This document shows positions 28,600 through 40,763 of a DNA stretch of 64,000 nt, piece by piece. The stretch comes from an uncultured candidate division Zixibacteria bacterium. Its GTDB lineage: Bacteria; Zixibacteria; MSB-5A5; GN15; FEB-12. The stretch spans positions 2,048,001-2,112,000 of the forward strand of contig OY760907.1 of the NCBI GenBank assembly GCA_963664195.1. The letters run 5' to 3'. The notes beneath the pieces are model-generated. The model was not told where the DNA came from. It ran no database searches and saw only the letters and a program-made list of their open reading frames with translations. Position 1 is the first letter of the stretch; the number at the start of each line of letters is the position of its first letter. The position numbers and the translations under genes are program-made.

Positions 28600-30348
28600 A
28601 TGAGCTTGGCTCAACGGAGTTCCACTCCGCAGTGGGTTTTGGCGCCGGATCCGGAAAAGGAGCTGGTACAGAACCTTGCAGAGGCGGCCTCTCTGCCTAC
28701 CAATGTGATCAAGATCCTGGTCAATCGGGGTCTGGACACTTCTGAAGCCATTCAAGGATTTCTCAATCCCGAGCTTGAGAATCTCAAGGATCCGTTCTCC
28801 ATGACTGGCATGGAAGCGGCGGTCGAGCGCGTCCAAAGCGCCCTCTACGCCAACGAGAGGGTCATGATCTACGGTGACTATGACGTGGACGGCATTACTG
28901 CCACCACTCTCCTCTACATGGTGCTCAACAAACTGGGCGCTCAGACAGAATATTATTTGCCGAACAGGCTCACACAGGGGTACGGTCTGTCCACTGACGG
29001 TATCGACAAAGCGCGTGATCTCGGGGTAACGCTCATCATCACAGTTGATACCGGTATCACTGCGGTTGAAGAGATCGAGTATGCTCGCTCGCAGGGAATT
29101 GAAGTGGTTGTGACCGATCACCATGAGCCGGGTGAGTCTCTTCCCAATGCTCTGGCGATAATCAACCCGAAACAGCCGGACTGTGAGTACGGCGGCGAGC
29201 TTTCCGGAGTTGGCGTAGCCTACAAGTTTGCTCAGGGTCTGTATCTTCGATTCGGACAGGACGAGGAGGAACTCCACGAGCATCTCGATCTGGTCGCCAT
29301 GGGCACCTCGGCCGATATCGTACCGCTGGTCGGCGAGAATCGTATTCTCACTAAATTCGGTATTCAGCAGATAGCCCGCACGACCAAGCCGGGTATCAAG
29401 TCTCTGGCTTTTGTCGCGGGACTGATGGGCAAGGAGATCGGAACCGGACAGGTTGTGTTTATTCTGGCTCCTCGCATCAATGCGCTTGGCCGTCTTGGCG
29501 ATTGCAGCGAAGCGATCCGTTTGCTGTCGACTCGTGACGAGCGTTTGGCTGCGGAAATAGCACGCAAGTTGGATTCAGAGAACAAGCGTCGCAAGGAAAT
29601 CGACGAAAAGACGTTGCATGAAGCCCTTGACCAGATGCACGAGGTTGTCGATCTCGAGAACGATAACGCTATCGTGCTTGCCGCCGAGGGGTGGCACCAG
29701 GGTGTAATCGGTATTGTCGCTAGCCGACTGGTGGAGAAATACCACTTGCCCACCGTGATGATTGCCATTAGCGACGGTGAGGGGAAAGGTTCGGCGCGCT
29801 CGATTCCGGGCTTCCATCTTTGCGAGGCGCTGAAGGAGTGCGAGCATCTGCTTATCAGGTACGGCGGACACAAGTACGCGGCGGGTCTGTCTATTTTGCC
29901 GGAGAACATCGAGGCTTTCCGTGAGAAGTTCCGCGAAGTGTCGGCGAAGAATCTGACGGTGGAAGACACTCAGGCCAAGTTGCATATTGATCTTGAGATC
30001 GAGCTTCGCGAGATTTCTGATGCTTTTGTGGGCAGTGTTGAGCGGTTTGCGCCGTTCGGCCCCCAGAATATGCGCCCGGTGTTTCTCACGCGCAACTGCG
30101 AGGTGGTTGGTTCGCCCTATGTGGTCGGCAACAACCATCTGAAGATGAAAGTGCGCAAAGGTGACGCGGTGGTTGATGTGATCGGATTCGGATTCGGCGA
30201 CATGGCCAGAGTCATTTCGGATAAGGGTTGCCTGGTGGATGTTGTGTACGCTCTCGAGTTCAATACGTACAACGGCGTTACTCGGATTCAGATGCGGGTA
30301 CGTGATATCAAGCCGACGGTAGGTGAGTTGTCGACGGGGTATCGATAG
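28600..30348 (+). CDS. recJ: Single-stranded DNA exonuclease RecJ
   Basis: YGDYDVDG, TDHH, PRINALGR, GSARS, GGHKYAAG. Confidence 0.97.
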   Translation: MSLAQRSSTPQWVLAPDPEKELVQNLAEAASLPTNVIKILVNRGLDTSEAIQGFLNPELENLKDPFSMTGMEAAVERVQSALYANERVMIYGDYDVDGITATTLLYMVLNKLGAQTEYYLPNRLTQGYGLSTDGIDKARDLGVTLIITVDTGITAVEEIEYARSQGIEVVVTDHHEPGESLPNALAIINPKQPDCEYGGELSGVGVAYKFAQGLYLRFGQDEEELHEHLDLVAMGTSADIVPLVGENRILTKFGIQQIARTTKPGIKSLAFVAGLMGKEIGTGQVVFILAPRINALGRLGDCSEAIRLLSTRDERLAAEIARKLDSENKRRKEIDEKTLHEALDQMHEVVDLENDNAIVLAAEGWHQGVIGIVASRLVEKYHLPTVMIAISDGEGKGSARSIPGFHLCEALKECEHLLIRYGGHKYAAGLSILPENIEAFREKFREVSAKNLTVEDTQAKLHIDLEIELREISDAFVGSVERFAPFGPQNMRPVFLTRNCEVVGSPYVVGNNHLKMKVRKGDAVVDVIGFGFGDMARVISDKGCLVDVVYALEFNTYNGVTRIQMRVRDIKPTVGELSTGYR

Positions 30349-30351
30349 GCA

Positions 30352-31296
30352 ATGACCGTTCTCGAGCGTTTTGAGCAGGGGGATGTTCGTGCTCTCTCGC
30401 GGCTTGTGTCGTTTGTCGAAAACCGCGATGACGGGTATCGCGCTGTGCTCGGCCGTCTGTATGCAATGGCCGGGAAGTCACTCAGGATCGGATTGACCGG
30501 CCCTCCGGGGGCCGGCAAATCTACGTTGGTCAATGCCCTTACCAAACAACTCGTGGCAGCAGGGAAAAAGGTTGGGATCATCGCTGTTGATCCCACCTCT
30601 CCGTTCTCCGGCGGCGCTTTGCTGGGGGACCGTGTTCGTATGAACGAATTCGCTCCCGATTCGGGTGTGTATTTTCGTTCTATGGCCACTCGTGGTGCGA
30701 CCGGCGGGTTGGCCGCCGCCACGGATAACGTTGCGCTTGTTTATGACGCTTTCGGGTTTGATGTTACTCTCATTGAAACTGTCGGAGTGGGGCAGGTGGA
30801 GTTGGAAATTGTCAACTCCTGTGATTCTGTGGTGGTGATTCTGGTACCGGAGTCCGGAGATGCCGTTCAGACGATGAAGGCTGGGCTTATGGAAATTGCT
30901 GATGTCTTTTGCATCAACAAGTCCGACCGGCCAGGGGCCGAACGGATGGTTGCCGATCTCAGGCACACTCTTGAAACGCGGAAGACGGTGGAGGGTCAAT
31001 GGATGATCCCGATTCTCTCCACGGTGGCAATGAAGGGCACCAATGTTGACAAGCTGTATGCGACGATTTTTGAGCACGTTGAATACCAGAAGAGTAGTGG
31101 CCGCTTTGATGAGCACCGACGAGGTCAGCTAAAGAAGAAGGTACTGAACATTCTCCAGAATCGCTTCCAGCGTGAGTTCATTGACGAGTTGACCGAGAAG
31201 CTCGAGTTTGACCAACTGGCCGAGGAGATCAGGTCCGGGAAGACCAATCCTTACGAAGTCAGCGACCGTTTGTACCGCCAGTTCTCGGGTCGATAG
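30352..31296 (+). CDS. meaB: MeaB/ArgK GTPase (B12 mutase chaperone)
   Basis: GPPGAGKST, VDPTSPFSGGALLGDRVRM, IETVGVGQ, NKSD. Confidence 0.95.
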   Translation: MTVLERFEQGDVRALSRLVSFVENRDDGYRAVLGRLYAMAGKSLRIGLTGPPGAGKSTLVNALTKQLVAAGKKVGIIAVDPTSPFSGGALLGDRVRMNEFAPDSGVYFRSMATRGATGGLAAATDNVALVYDAFGFDVTLIETVGVGQVELEIVNSCDSVVVILVPESGDAVQTMKAGLMEIADVFCINKSDRPGAERMVADLRHTLETRKTVEGQWMIPILSTVAMKGTNVDKLYATIFEHVEYQKSSGRFDEHRRGQLKKKVLNILQNRFQREFIDELTEKLEFDQLAEEIRSGKTNPYEVSDRLYRQFSGR

Positions 31297-32578
31297 CACT
31301 TCCAGATCGAAGTGAGTCTTTCGGTCGTCGCGAAATGCCCGAGATGTGTTTCTGCAGAGTGAATATGATCCATCCCTGAAGAATTACCCACGCAGCCCCT
31401 ACGTGTACGCCGGCGATCTGGCGACGAAGCAGAGCGTTTCTCCTGAAGTCCCACTCAGGAAACAACTCCTCTCCACAAGCAACTCCCACTACAATGCAAA
31501 CGGCAACCGCCGTGGGGATGAGCATCAGTGTAAAGGGACTACAACGTGATGAAACGCTCTCCCAGACCTTTCTTAGCGCAACAATCGACAACGGGATTAC
31601 GAACACAAACGGCGGGAAGAACATGCGAGTTTCGCGAGCCAGCGTGAAGAGTAATGTGGCGGCCGTCATGAGCGGTACCGTGATCACCGTCCCCCAGAAG
31701 ATCATTCGTTCAGGGAAGAGCATAGGTCGCCGCCGAAGTATCATCAGTCCCACCGTGCACAGGAGCCACAACAGGCCGAACGCGACGATCATTGAGACGA
31801 TTGTGTCCGTCGATCGTCCGATATCGCCGAAATTGAAGAGAAGCAATTTCCATCGTTTCGGGTCCTCCGCCTGAGATACCAGTACACGGTACGGCAGGTA
31901 CAATGCAGCCGGCAGTACTAGGGATGCCAGCAGGCGTTTAGCTGAGCACTGTCCTCTCAGCCACCACAAGCTGAGTCCCAGGATCGGCATGAAGAGGAGC
32001 ATCTGGTCTCGCGCGAAGCATCCGAGAGTGAAGTATATGCCTGCCTTTATGGGTTCTCGTCGCGCGAGAGCCGTAAAACAAAGGACTCCAAAAACATACA
32101 TCCAGATGTCGTCCCAAGTGTATGTCGGGGCAAAATGAGCCCCCAGGATTGGATATGCGGTCATCAGCAAGAACAATCCAACGTGCGACCACATCTTGCT
32201 GAGTCTCAGCAATCTCAGATACCTGTAGAACAGAGGTCCCAGAATCATTGTGAGAACCCCTTGTACGACCATGAATGACTCTCGTATTGGCAGCGACAGA
32301 TACTGATGTACGAGCAAGGTAGCGTAGTTCTGCATGCATCGAGTGCAATAAGGATAGCGATGGAGGTGAAACTCGAGCTTTTTGACCCAGATGTCCTCCG
32401 AGAGCTGCAATGGGGAGTAGTACCACAGTAAATGCATCAACCCTGAGGTTGCCAATACAACGGCAGTCAAAAGAACTGGTCCGTAGTACTCCCCTACGAA
32501 TTCTTTTGTGCGCTGTCTGGTGAAGGGTCCGAAGACCAAGTTCGCAACCTCGTTTCTTATCGGAATCTTTGTCATGAG
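31259..32578 (-). CDS. Polytopic membrane protein, possibly GT-C-fold glycosyltransferase-like
   Basis: Many TM helices; WDD, ARDQ and ARETR motifs; start uncertain (32578 or 32605); overlaps the meaB 3' end. Confidence 0.6.
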   Translation of the reverse strand, partial: LMTKIPIRNEVANLVFGPFTRQRTKEFVGEYYGPVLLTAVVLATSGLMHLLWYYSPLQLSEDIWVKKLEFHLHRYPYCTRCMQNYATLLVHQYLSLPIRESFMVVQGVLTMILGPLFYRYLRLLRLSKMWSHVGLFLLMTAYPILGAHFAPTYTWDDIWMYVFGVLCFTALARREPIKAGIYFTLGCFARDQMLLFMPILGLSLWWLRGQCSAKRLLASLVLPAALYLPYRVLVSQAEDPKRWKLLLFNFGDIGRSTDTIVSMIVAFGLLWLLCTVGLMILRRRPMLFPERMIFWGTVITVPLMTAATLLFTLARETRMFFPPFVFVIPLSIVALRKVWESVSSRCSPFTLMLIPTAVAVCIVVGVACGEELFPEWDFRRNALLRRQIAGVHVGAAWVILQGWIIFTLQKHISGISRRPKDSLRSGSAIDPRTGGTNGR

Positions 32579-32764
32579 AGTCTTCTGAGAGGGCTCTTCC
32601 CACACGTCAATATGAGGCGTTCTTCTCCGACCGGCAACCCTTTAGTGCAAGAATTCGATTGTCATCCGTTTTCTATGATTGCAGCGAGGTCTCTCGATCT
32701 CGCAAGTCCCGGTGCAGCAGGCTTTTACAAACAAGCCCGTGCATTGGCGGGAATCCCTTGTCAC

Positions 32765-32793
32765 TTGCTTTTGGGAATTGCATTTATTATGCT
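32765..32793 (+). promoter_or_regulatory. Sigma70-type promoter of the mutase operon
   Basis: TTGCTT-17 nt-TATGCT upstream of AAGGAG RBS. Confidence 0.55.
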
Positions 32794-32844
32794 TCAGGCT
32801 GTACTTCACACGGCGGGTTTGTACCGTAAAAGGAGATTTACTGC

Positions 32845-34542
32845 ATGCTCGATAAAAAGCATCTGGAACGTCTGAGAGAGAGACTGACCGAGTGGGACAA
32901 AGTTGCCGCGAAAACCAGGGCGCGGAAGTCATTGCCGCGTTTTTTTACGGTCTCCGGAGTTGATATCGACGAGCTGTACACCGCCGATTCAGTGAAGGGT
33001 GGAAGCGACGAGGAGTATTACTGGGATCATATCGGATTGCCGGGTGAATTCCCGTACACTCGCGGCGTGCATCACACGATGTACCGCAGTCGTCTCTGGA
33101 CCATGCGCCAGTTCGCCGGCATGGGAACTCCGAGACAGACGAACGAACGTTTTCACTATATCCTGAAGCAGGGGGGCACCGGGCTTTCGACCGCCTTTGA
33201 TCTTCCCACGCTCATGGGCTACGATTCCGATCACTCCCGTTCGCTGGGCGAGGTTGGCAAGTGTGGCGTGGCGGTTGACACGCTGGCGGATATGGAGATC
33301 ATTTTCGACGGCATCGATCTGGCCAAGGTTTCCACTTCGATGACTATCAACTCGCCGGCCTCGATGCTTCTTGCGATGTATCTCGCGGTGGCCGAGAAAC
33401 AGGGTGTGCCGTTTGAGAAAGTACGTGGAACGCTCCAGAACGATATCCTGAAGGAGTATATCGCGCAGAAAGAATACATCTATCCGCCGGAACCATCAAT
33501 TCGGCTGATAACGGATATGATGGCGTACTGTACGAAAAACGTTCCGCAATGGAATACGATTTCGATCTCCGGTTATCACATCCGCGAGGCCGGAGCTACT
33601 GCGGTGGAGGAGTTGGCGTTTACGCTTGCCGATGGTTTCCAGTATATCGAGAGTGCTATTGCCGACGGCCAGGATGTAGATGAGTTTGCCCCGAGGCTGT
33701 CGTACTTCTTCAATGCGCATTCGGACTTCTTTGAGGAGATCGCCAAGTATCGTGCGGCGCGAAGAATCTTTGCTAAGCGGATGAAGAACAAGTACGGTGC
33801 GAAGAACCCCAAAAGCTGGCTGCTGAGGTTTCATACACAGACTGCCGGTTGTTCGCTGACTGCCCAGCAGCCGGAGAATAACATTGTGCGTACGGCCATC
33901 CAGGCGCTCTCGGGCGTGCTCGGCGGAACGCAGTCACTGCATACGAATTCGATGGATGAGACGCTGGCGCTGCCGAGCGAGAAGGCGGCGTTGATTGCCC
34001 TTCGCACCCAACAGGTGATTGCTTACGAGACCGGAGTAGTGAATACGCCTGATCCGCTGGGCGGGTCGTTTTTTGTCGAGTCTCTTACGGACAAGATGGA
34101 AGAAGAGGCCGAGAAGATCTTTGCCGAGATTGAAGAACGTGGCGGTGTTGTAGCTGCTATTGAGGACGGTTATTTCCAGCGTGCGCTGGCCCGCTCGGCT
34201 TACAGTCACCAGAAGGAGTTGGAGAAGAACGAGCGTGTTATCGTCGGAGTCAACGAATTCGTGATGGACGATGAAGAGATAGAGATTCCGGTTCTCAAGA
34301 TAGACAAAGAGACGGAGCAGGAGCAGGTGGCATTCGTCAAGAAGATCCGCGCCGAACGGGACGCCGACAAGGTGAAGGCCACGCTGGACAGACTGCGCGA
34401 GGTTGCCAGGGGAGAAGGCAACACGTTTGAAGCGATTCTGGACTGCGCGCGTGAGTATGTCTCGGTCGGTGAAATGTGTGATGTGCTTCGGGAAGAGTGG
34501 GGCGAGTGGTCTGAATCGACTGCTGCAATGCAGGTCTCATAA
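32845..34542 (+). CDS. AdoCbl-dependent acyl-CoA mutase large subunit, isobutyryl-CoA-mutase (IcmA)-like specificity
   Basis: [17 protein letters not shown] (F90), [13 protein letters not shown] (Q208), [18 protein letters not shown]12-binding domain on a separate gene. Confidence 0.88.
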   Translation: MLDKKHLERLRERLTEWDKVAAKTRARKSLPRFFTVSGVDIDELYTADSVKGGSDEEYYWDHIGLPGEFPYTRGVHHTMYRSRLWTMRQFAGMGTPRQTNERFHYILKQGGTGLSTAFDLPTLMGYDSDHSRSLGEVGKCGVAVDTLADMEIIFDGIDLAKVSTSMTINSPASMLLAMYLAVAEKQGVPFEKVRGTLQNDILKEYIAQKEYIYPPEPSIRLITDMMAYCTKNVPQWNTISISGYHIREAGATAVEELAFTLADGFQYIESAIADGQDVDEFAPRLSYFFNAHSDFFEEIAKYRAARRIFAKRMKNKYGAKNPKSWLLRFHTQTAGCSLTAQQPENNIVRTAIQALSGVLGGTQSLHTNSMDETLALPSEKAALIALRTQQVIAYETGVVNTPDPLGGSFFVESLTDKMEEEAEKIFAEIEERGGVVAAIEDGYFQRALARSAYSHQKELEKNERVIVGVNEFVMDDEEIEIPVLKIDKETEQEQVAFVKKIRAERDADKVKATLDRLREVARGEGNTFEAILDCAREYVSVGEMCDVLREEWGEWSESTAAMQVS

Positions 34543-34615
34543 CACTGGAATGAATCGCGGGGCTGTTGTTCTCGCGCTACGTGATACGATACACAGGAAA
34601 CAAAGACGAACGAAC

Positions 34616-35035
34616 ATGTCAAAAAAAATCAGAGTATTGTTGGCCAAGCCGGGTCTTGACGGTCACGATCGTGGCATCAAAGTCATAGCGGCCGCCTTTC
34701 GCGATGCCGGCTTCGAAGTGATCTACACCGGTCTTCGCCAGACCCCGGAAAAGATTGTGGAAGCGGCCATACAGGAAGATGTTGATGCCATTGGCATTTC
34801 TATCCTCTCAGGTGCACACATGACCCTGTTTCCGGCTATTCTCGACGAGATGAAGAATCGCGGCACGGACAAGATGATCCTGTTTGGCGGCGGTATCATA
34901 CCCGAGGACGACAAGGCCGAACTGGAGAAACTGGGGGTAGCAAAAGTGTTTACTCCGGGTGCGCCGACGGAAGATGCCATTTCGTTTTTGCGCGGCGCTG
35001 TTGAGGGCGCACAGTCGGACGAGAAGATTATGTAG
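34616..35035 (+). CDS. Mutase small subunit, cobalamin-binding (IcmB/McmB-like)
   Basis: [10 protein letters not shown] (DxHxxG), SILSGAH, GGGII; start revised to MSKKIRV. Confidence 0.93.
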   Translation: MSKKIRVLLAKPGLDGHDRGIKVIAAAFRDAGFEVIYTGLRQTPEKIVEAAIQEDVDAIGISILSGAHMTLFPAILDEMKNRGTDKMILFGGGIIPEDDKAELEKLGVAKVFTPGAPTEDAISFLRGAVEGAQSDEKIM

Positions 35036-35091
35036 CAATTCGACCAGAATTGGAAATTTCAGTATATTGGATATAAGGTACAGGAGGTTTC

Positions 35092-36234
35092 ATGCCGTTT
35101 AATGTTGACCCGAAACAACAAGCAGTACGCGACGAAGTAAAGGCGTTTGCCGAAAAGGAAATCTACCCGATCTCAGAAGAATGGGATCGGATGCCCGAAC
35201 CCCGCAAGTTCCCCATCGATATGTATCATCGTCTCGGCGAAGTTGGCTTTATCGGCTACAACTCGCCGACCGAGTACGGTGGACAGGGCAAATCCAACTT
35301 GGAGTACATCACTCTCATCGAGTCCCTCTGCTATCACGATGCCGGTTTCGGCCTCCTGTGTGCGGTTGGTGAACTCGCTACTTACCCGATTCTGCACTTC
35401 GCCAGCGATGAGCAGAAGAAGAAGTATTTGCCGGACTGTGTGACCGGCAAACGTGTTCCGGCTTTTGTGCTTACCGAACCGAATGCCGGTTCGGATGCTG
35501 CGAACGTTTCGACCACGGCGGTTGAGAACGGCAGTGAGTTCGTCATTAACGGCGAGAAGATATTCATCATGCACGGTGATGTGGCCGATCTCGCTGTTTT
35601 GTTCTGTAAGATCGAAGGCAAGCCGAAAATGTCGGCCATCCTCGTGGAAACCGACCAGGCCGGTTGGGATGCCCGCACGCTCAAGAACAAGATGGGTATG
35701 CGTGCAGCCACCACCGGCGGTATTCACCTCACCGATGTCAAGGCCCCGGTTGAAAACCTGATGGGCGATGTTGGCAAGGGTTTCCGCTACGCCATGATGA
35801 CTCTTGACGGCGCCCGGATCGGTGTGGCAGCTCAGGGTGTTGGTATTGCGCAGAGGGCGCTCGATGAATCTGTTGCTTATTCCAAGAAGCGCATTGCGTT
35901 TGGTGCCCCGATTGCCAAGCTGCAGGCGATTCAATGGATGATTGCTGACATGTCCACCCGTCTGGAGGCTGCCCGCATGCTGACGTACAAAGCTGCCATG
36001 CTGCAGGATCAGGGTGAGCGTTTCTCCCTTGAAGCTGCCCAGGCAAAACTGTACTCTGCCGAAGTGGCCAACTTCTGCGTCGACAAAGCGATGCAGATTC
36101 ACGGCGGCTACGGATACATCGGTGAGTTCTCGCCGATCGAAAAGCTGTACCGTGACCAGCGCGTCCTGGAAATCTACGAGGGCACCTCGGAGGTCCAGCG
36201 CCTGGTGATTGCCGGTAATGTCATAGGCCGTTAA
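35092..36234 (+). CDS. Acyl-CoA dehydrogenase (short/branched chain)
   Basis: LTEPNAGSD, NGEKIFI, KMGMRA, RIGVAAQ, MQIHGGYGY, EIYEGTSEVQR. Confidence 0.93.
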   Translation: MPFNVDPKQQAVRDEVKAFAEKEIYPISEEWDRMPEPRKFPIDMYHRLGEVGFIGYNSPTEYGGQGKSNLEYITLIESLCYHDAGFGLLCAVGELATYPILHFASDEQKKKYLPDCVTGKRVPAFVLTEPNAGSDAANVSTTAVENGSEFVINGEKIFIMHGDVADLAVLFCKIEGKPKMSAILVETDQAGWDARTLKNKMGMRAATTGGIHLTDVKAPVENLMGDVGKGFRYAMMTLDGARIGVAAQGVGIAQRALDESVAYSKKRIAFGAPIAKLQAIQWMIADMSTRLEAARMLTYKAAMLQDQGERFSLEAAQAKLYSAEVANFCVDKAMQIHGGYGYIGEFSPIEKLYRDQRVLEIYEGTSEVQRLVIAGNVIGR

Positions 36235-37067
36235 TGCAATTCGGTTCGTTTGAAATTCTGACCTTCGTCGAGCAGGAGTTCCGGCTCGACGGAGGCAGTA
36301 TGTACGGGATCATTCCCAAGTCGATGTGGAACAAGATAACGCCTGCCGATGATAACAACCTCATCGCAATGGTCACCAATCTTTTCGTTCTCAAAGCCCA
36401 CGGCAAAACGTTCATGTTCGATTCCGGTCTCGGCGATACGCTCAGTGATCGGGAGCAGAAAATATACGGTACCGACGGTCAGTCCAGGATGAATGCCGGG
36501 CTTGAGTCGCTGGGGCTTGCCGCTGGTGACATCGACTACGTGATCCTCACTCATCTCCACACCGATCATGCCGGCGGCGCGGTGAGGCTCGAAAACGATA
36601 CGTATGTGCCGCGCTTTGAAAACGCGAAGTACATCGTGTCAGAAGACGAGTGGGCCGATGCCGGTAATCCGAACGAGCGCACCGGTGCCGTTTACGTCCC
36701 CGAACGGACACAGGCTCTCGAAAACGCAGGGCAGGTGGAGTTCGTCGACGGCAACACCGAGCTAGTCCCGGGAGTGAATATCGTTCACACCGGCGGCCAT
36801 ACGCGGGGGCATTTTGGATTGGAGATGGAATCGGAGGGGGAGCGCGTCTTCTATTATTCGGACATCCTTCCGATGGCAGGCCACCTGCGCGTGCCGGTCA
36901 TCGCGGCCGCTGATACCATGCCGCTTGACAGCATGAACGTCAAACGCCGGATGCTTGAGTCTATTGTCGATACCGGCGTCGTGATGGCTTTCGACCACGA
37001 TGTCACTATGCCGTTTGCTCGAGTCATTTCCGACGGCAAGCGGTTGGTTGCTCAGCCCGTAGCCTGA
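36234..37067 (+). CDS. MBL-fold metallo-hydrolase (YtnP-like)
   Basis: [34 protein letters not shown] overlap with the upstream gene. Confidence 0.88.
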   Translation: MQFGSFEILTFVEQEFRLDGGSMYGIIPKSMWNKITPADDNNLIAMVTNLFVLKAHGKTFMFDSGLGDTLSDREQKIYGTDGQSRMNAGLESLGLAAGDIDYVILTHLHTDHAGGAVRLENDTYVPRFENAKYIVSEDEWADAGNPNERTGAVYVPERTQALENAGQVEFVDGNTELVPGVNIVHTGGHTRGHFGLEMESEGERVFYYSDILPMAGHLRVPVIAAADTMPLDSMNVKRRMLESIVDTGVVMAFDHDVTMPFARVISDGKRLVAQPVA

Positions 37068-37099
37068 GCTTTCGATCTTTCACATATTGGAGTCTTACT

Positions 37100-38650
37100 T
37101 TGTCACTTGAGGAAAAGCTCGACCGTCTTGAGGCAATGCGATCCGAGGCCAAACTTGGCGGCGGCAAGAAGCGCATTGAAGCCCAGCACAAAAAAGGGAA
37201 GCTGACTGCACGCGAGAGAGTTGATCTCCTCGTTGACCCTAATTCATTTGAGGAATTCGATCCGTTCGTGACGCATCGTTCCTCAGACTTCGGTCTGGCC
37301 GAAAAGCGCATACTCGGCGACGGCGTTATCACCGGGTGCGGTAAGGTCCACGGCCGGATAGTGTATATTTTCTCACAGGATTTCACCGTCTTTGGCGGTT
37401 CGCTTTCTGAAGCGCACGCCGAGAAGATTTGCAAGATCATGGAAATGGCGATGAAAGTCGGTGCGCCGGTTATCGGGCTGAACGACTCCGGCGGTGCTCG
37501 CATCCAGGAAGGGGTCGTGTCGCTTGGCGGCTATGCGGATATCTTCCTTCTCAATACGCTGGCGTCCGGTGTTGTGCCGCAGATTTCTGCCGTCCTTGGC
37601 CCGTGTGCCGGGGGAGCGGTGTACTCGCCTGCCATTACCGACTTCGTGCTGATGACCAAAGGGACGTCGTACATGTTCGTCACCGGGCCGAACGTGGTCA
37701 AGACCGTGACGCATGAAGAGATCGATTCCGAAGGTCTCGGCGGTGCGGATGTCCATGCCTCAAGATCCGGCGTGGCTCATTTTGCCTGTGAGAATGAGGC
37801 GGACGTGATTTCTAAACTCAAGCGGCTGCTGGAGTACATACCGCAGAACAACTGCGAGGATGCTCCGTTTATCGAAAACTCCGATCCGCTCAACCGCGAA
37901 GATGAAACGCTGAATACGATTGTGCCGGAGAACCCGAACCAGCCGTACGATATCAAAGACGTGATTCACCGGGTCGTGGACGTGGGATCGTTTTTTGAAG
38001 TCCACGCGGATTTTGCGATGAACATTGTTGTCGGTTTTGCGCGCCTCGGCGGACGCTCGATTGGTGTGATTGCCAACCAACCGGCGATCATGGCCGGTGT
38101 GCTGGATATTACATCGTCGCAGAAGGGGGCCCGGTTCATTCGATTCTGTGACTGTTTCAATATCCCGTTGCTGACCTTTGAGGACGTCCCCGGATTCATG
38201 CCCGGTGTTGATCAGGAGCACGGTGGGATCATCAAGAACGGCGCAAAACTCCTGTACGCCTATTGCGAGGCTACCGTGCCGAAAGTGACCGTCATTACCC
38301 GCAAGGCGTACGGGGGAGCATACGACGTTATGAACTCCAAGCACGTGCGCGGTGACATGAACTATGCGTGGCCGACTGCTGAAATCGCGGTGATGGGTCC
38401 GCAGGGTGCGGCGGAGATAATCTTCAAGAAGGATATCGCTGAGGCGGATGACCCGGCGGCGGAGCTTCAGCAGAAGACCGATGATTACCGCGAGAAGTTT
38501 GCCAATCCGTTTGTGGCGGCGGCGCGTGGATATGTGGATGATATCATCGAGCCGAAAACGACACGTCCGAGATTGATCCGTGCGTTTGAGATGCTTGAGA
38601 CGAAGAAAGACTCCAACCCTGCGAAGAAACACGGGAATATACCGCTGTAG
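37100..38650 (+). CDS. pccB: Propionyl-/acyl-CoA carboxylase carboxyltransferase subunit
   Basis: [42 protein letters not shown]. Confidence 0.92.
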   Translation: MSLEEKLDRLEAMRSEAKLGGGKKRIEAQHKKGKLTARERVDLLVDPNSFEEFDPFVTHRSSDFGLAEKRILGDGVITGCGKVHGRIVYIFSQDFTVFGGSLSEAHAEKICKIMEMAMKVGAPVIGLNDSGGARIQEGVVSLGGYADIFLLNTLASGVVPQISAVLGPCAGGAVYSPAITDFVLMTKGTSYMFVTGPNVVKTVTHEEIDSEGLGGADVHASRSGVAHFACENEADVISKLKRLLEYIPQNNCEDAPFIENSDPLNREDETLNTIVPENPNQPYDIKDVIHRVVDVGSFFEVHADFAMNIVVGFARLGGRSIGVIANQPAIMAGVLDITSSQKGARFIRFCDCFNIPLLTFEDVPGFMPGVDQEHGGIIKNGAKLLYAYCEATVPKVTVITRKAYGGAYDVMNSKHVRGDMNYAWPTAEIAVMGPQGAAEIIFKKDIAEADDPAAELQQKTDDYREKFANPFVAAARGYVDDIIEPKTTRPRLIRAFEMLETKKDSNPAKKHGNIPL

Positions 38651-38685
38651 GCTCCGAGCCGGGCGTTTGCTTCAGGATACAACCT

Positions 38686-40218
38686 ATGCCGAAACGAATT
38701 AAGAAAATACTGATTGCCAATCGGGGCGAGATCGCGATTCGGATTATTCGCGCCTGTCAGGATATGGGGATAGAGTCGGTTGCTGTCTACTCGGATTGCG
38801 ATAAGGCTGCCTACCATGTCCGGTTGGCTGACTTTGCCTATCATATAGGACCGTCGCCGTCATCGGAGAGTTATCTTGTCCATGACAACGTGATAGCTGC
38901 GGTGAAAAAATCCGGCGCGGATGCAGTTCATCCCGGTTACGGTTTCCTTGCTGAGAATGCCGAGTTTGCTCACCGATGTGTGGGGGAGGGAATTACGTTC
39001 ATTGGACCGAGACCTGAAACGATTGCGTCACTCGGCGACAAACTTGTAGCGCGAGAACTAGCTATCAAGGCCGGTCTTCCGGTAGTACCCGGAACGGAGC
39101 TTGGGGCCGACGACAGTGAAGCCGCTCTCGATTTTGCCAAAGAGATTGGCTTCCCCGTGTTAGTGAAGGCTGCTGCCGGCGGTGGCGGCAAAGGAATGCG
39201 GGTAGTGCACAACGAGGAGTCATTTGCCGAATCGCTGGTGTCGGCGAGCCATGAGGCCAAGTCTGCCTTTGGTGACGGTCGCGTGTTTATCGAGAAATAT
39301 CTCGGTCGTCCACGACACATCGAGATCCAGATTCTGTGCGATCAGCACGGCAACTGCATTCATCTGGGAGAGCGTGAGTGCTCGATCCAGCGTCGTCACC
39401 AAAAAGTGATCGAGGAGTCACCATCGCCGATCATGACCGAGGAACTTCGCGAACGCATGGGGACGGCGGCGGTGAATATCGCCCGGTCATCCGGGTATGT
39501 GGGAGCAGGAACGGTTGAATTCCTGGTTGATGAAGACAGGTCGTTCTATTTCCTTGAAGTGAACACGCGTCTCCAGGTTGAGCACCCCGTCACGGAACTG
39601 GTCACCGGCATTGACCTGGTGAAGGAGCAGGTGCTGGTCGCCGAGGGACATAAGCTGACGTTGAAGCAGGAGGATGTCGTGATGAGGGGGCACGCGGTCG
39701 AGTGTCGTATATACGCCGAGGATCCCGAGTCAGGTTTCATGCCCTCGACGGGGACTCTTCATCACTATCGGCTGCCCGCCGGGCCGGGCGTTCGAGTTGA
39801 CAGCGGCGTGGTGCTCTGGTCAGAGATACCGATCTACTATGACCCGATGATTGCCAAGCTGGCTGTCTGGGGGAAGGATCGACCTGAGGCGATAGCGCGG
39901 ACACGCCGGGCGCTTCGCGAGTATCGGCTGTCAGGAGTCGAGAGTACCATCGGTTTCCACCGCGTGGTGCTTCAGAACGAGAAGTTTGTTGCCGGGGACA
40001 TTTCAACGCACTTCCTGGAAGAGGAGTATCCCGATAACGATTACCATCGTTTCCCTGCGGATATGCTTGAACGTGCGGCTATCGCCGCTGCGGCCGACAA
40101 GTTGTATAACGAACGTAAGATTTCGCTGGTCCGGACAACACAAGCGCCGGGGGAGAGATCGGGTTGGGTGAGACATCATCGCAATGATAGACTGCGCAAG
40201 TTTGGAGGGAGCCGCTGA
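38686..40218 (+). CDS. accC: Biotin carboxylase subunit
   Basis: [45 protein letters not shown]. Confidence 0.93.
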   Translation: MPKRIKKILIANRGEIAIRIIRACQDMGIESVAVYSDCDKAAYHVRLADFAYHIGPSPSSESYLVHDNVIAAVKKSGADAVHPGYGFLAENAEFAHRCVGEGITFIGPRPETIASLGDKLVARELAIKAGLPVVPGTELGADDSEAALDFAKEIGFPVLVKAAAGGGGKGMRVVHNEESFAESLVSASHEAKSAFGDGRVFIEKYLGRPRHIEIQILCDQHGNCIHLGERECSIQRRHQKVIEESPSPIMTEELRERMGTAAVNIARSSGYVGAGTVEFLVDEDRSFYFLEVNTRLQVEHPVTELVTGIDLVKEQVLVAEGHKLTLKQEDVVMRGHAVECRIYAEDPESGFMPSTGTLHHYRLPAGPGVRVDSGVVLWSEIPIYYDPMIAKLAVWGKDRPEAIARTRRALREYRLSGVESTIGFHRVVLQNEKFVAGDISTHFLEEEYPDNDYHRFPADMLERAAIAAAADKLYNERKISLVRTTQAPGERSGWVRHHRNDRLRKFGGSR

Positions 40219-40724
40219 TGCCAAGATACACAGTTACCGTCAACGGCACGGAATTCGATATTGAGCTTGAATATCATGCCGATCGACTGGAGACAAAAGT
40301 AAACGGAAAGACCCGCAACGTGCAGGTACACAGTCTGCACGATACCAGGGCGCTGTTGCTGGTCGATGGTGAGTCGCACGAGGTGGATATCCACGCGGCC
40401 AACGGGGAGACGATGGTTTTTATGCAGGGGATGGAGATTCCTGTCCGAGTGGAGGATTATAATCTTGCGCAGATGCGCAAGACGGCCGGCATCTCTACCG
40501 ATGTCAAGGCCGAACAGTTTTTTAAAGCGCCGATGCCCGGATTGGTTGTTGATATCCGCGTTGAGCCGGGGCAGGAAGTCAGGCAGGGTGAACCGATGGT
40601 CGTGGTAGAGGCCATGAAAATGGAGAACATCCTGAAGGCCAAAACTGACGGCCGAGTGGCCGCAGTGAATATCAAGGTTGGCCAGTCAGTCGAAAAGGGA
40701 GACAAGCTGGTTGAATTCGAGTAG
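40218..40724 (+). CDS. Biotin carboxyl carrier protein
   Basis: APMPG...EAMKM biotinylation motif. Confidence 0.93.
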   Translation: MPRYTVTVNGTEFDIELEYHADRLETKVNGKTRNVQVHSLHDTRALLLVDGESHEVDIHAANGETMVFMQGMEIPVRVEDYNLAQMRKTAGISTDVKAEQFFKAPMPGLVVDIRVEPGQEVRQGEPMVVVEAMKMENILKAKTDGRVAAVNIKVGQSVEKGDKLVEFE

Positions 40725-40763
40725 TGCTGTGCTGAACGATTTGACCCGTTTTGGAATTGCGGA

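Noticed and set aside
32606..32844. Cobalamin riboswitch upstream of the mutase
   Set aside because: No convincing B12 box or conserved core, and a sigma70-like promoter lies only ~50 nt before the start, leaving no room.
35173..38632. Long antisense ORFs (35173-36102, 37760-38632; likewise 28468-29283)
   Set aside because: Shadows of well-conserved sense genes in GC-rich sequence, with no recognisable motifs.
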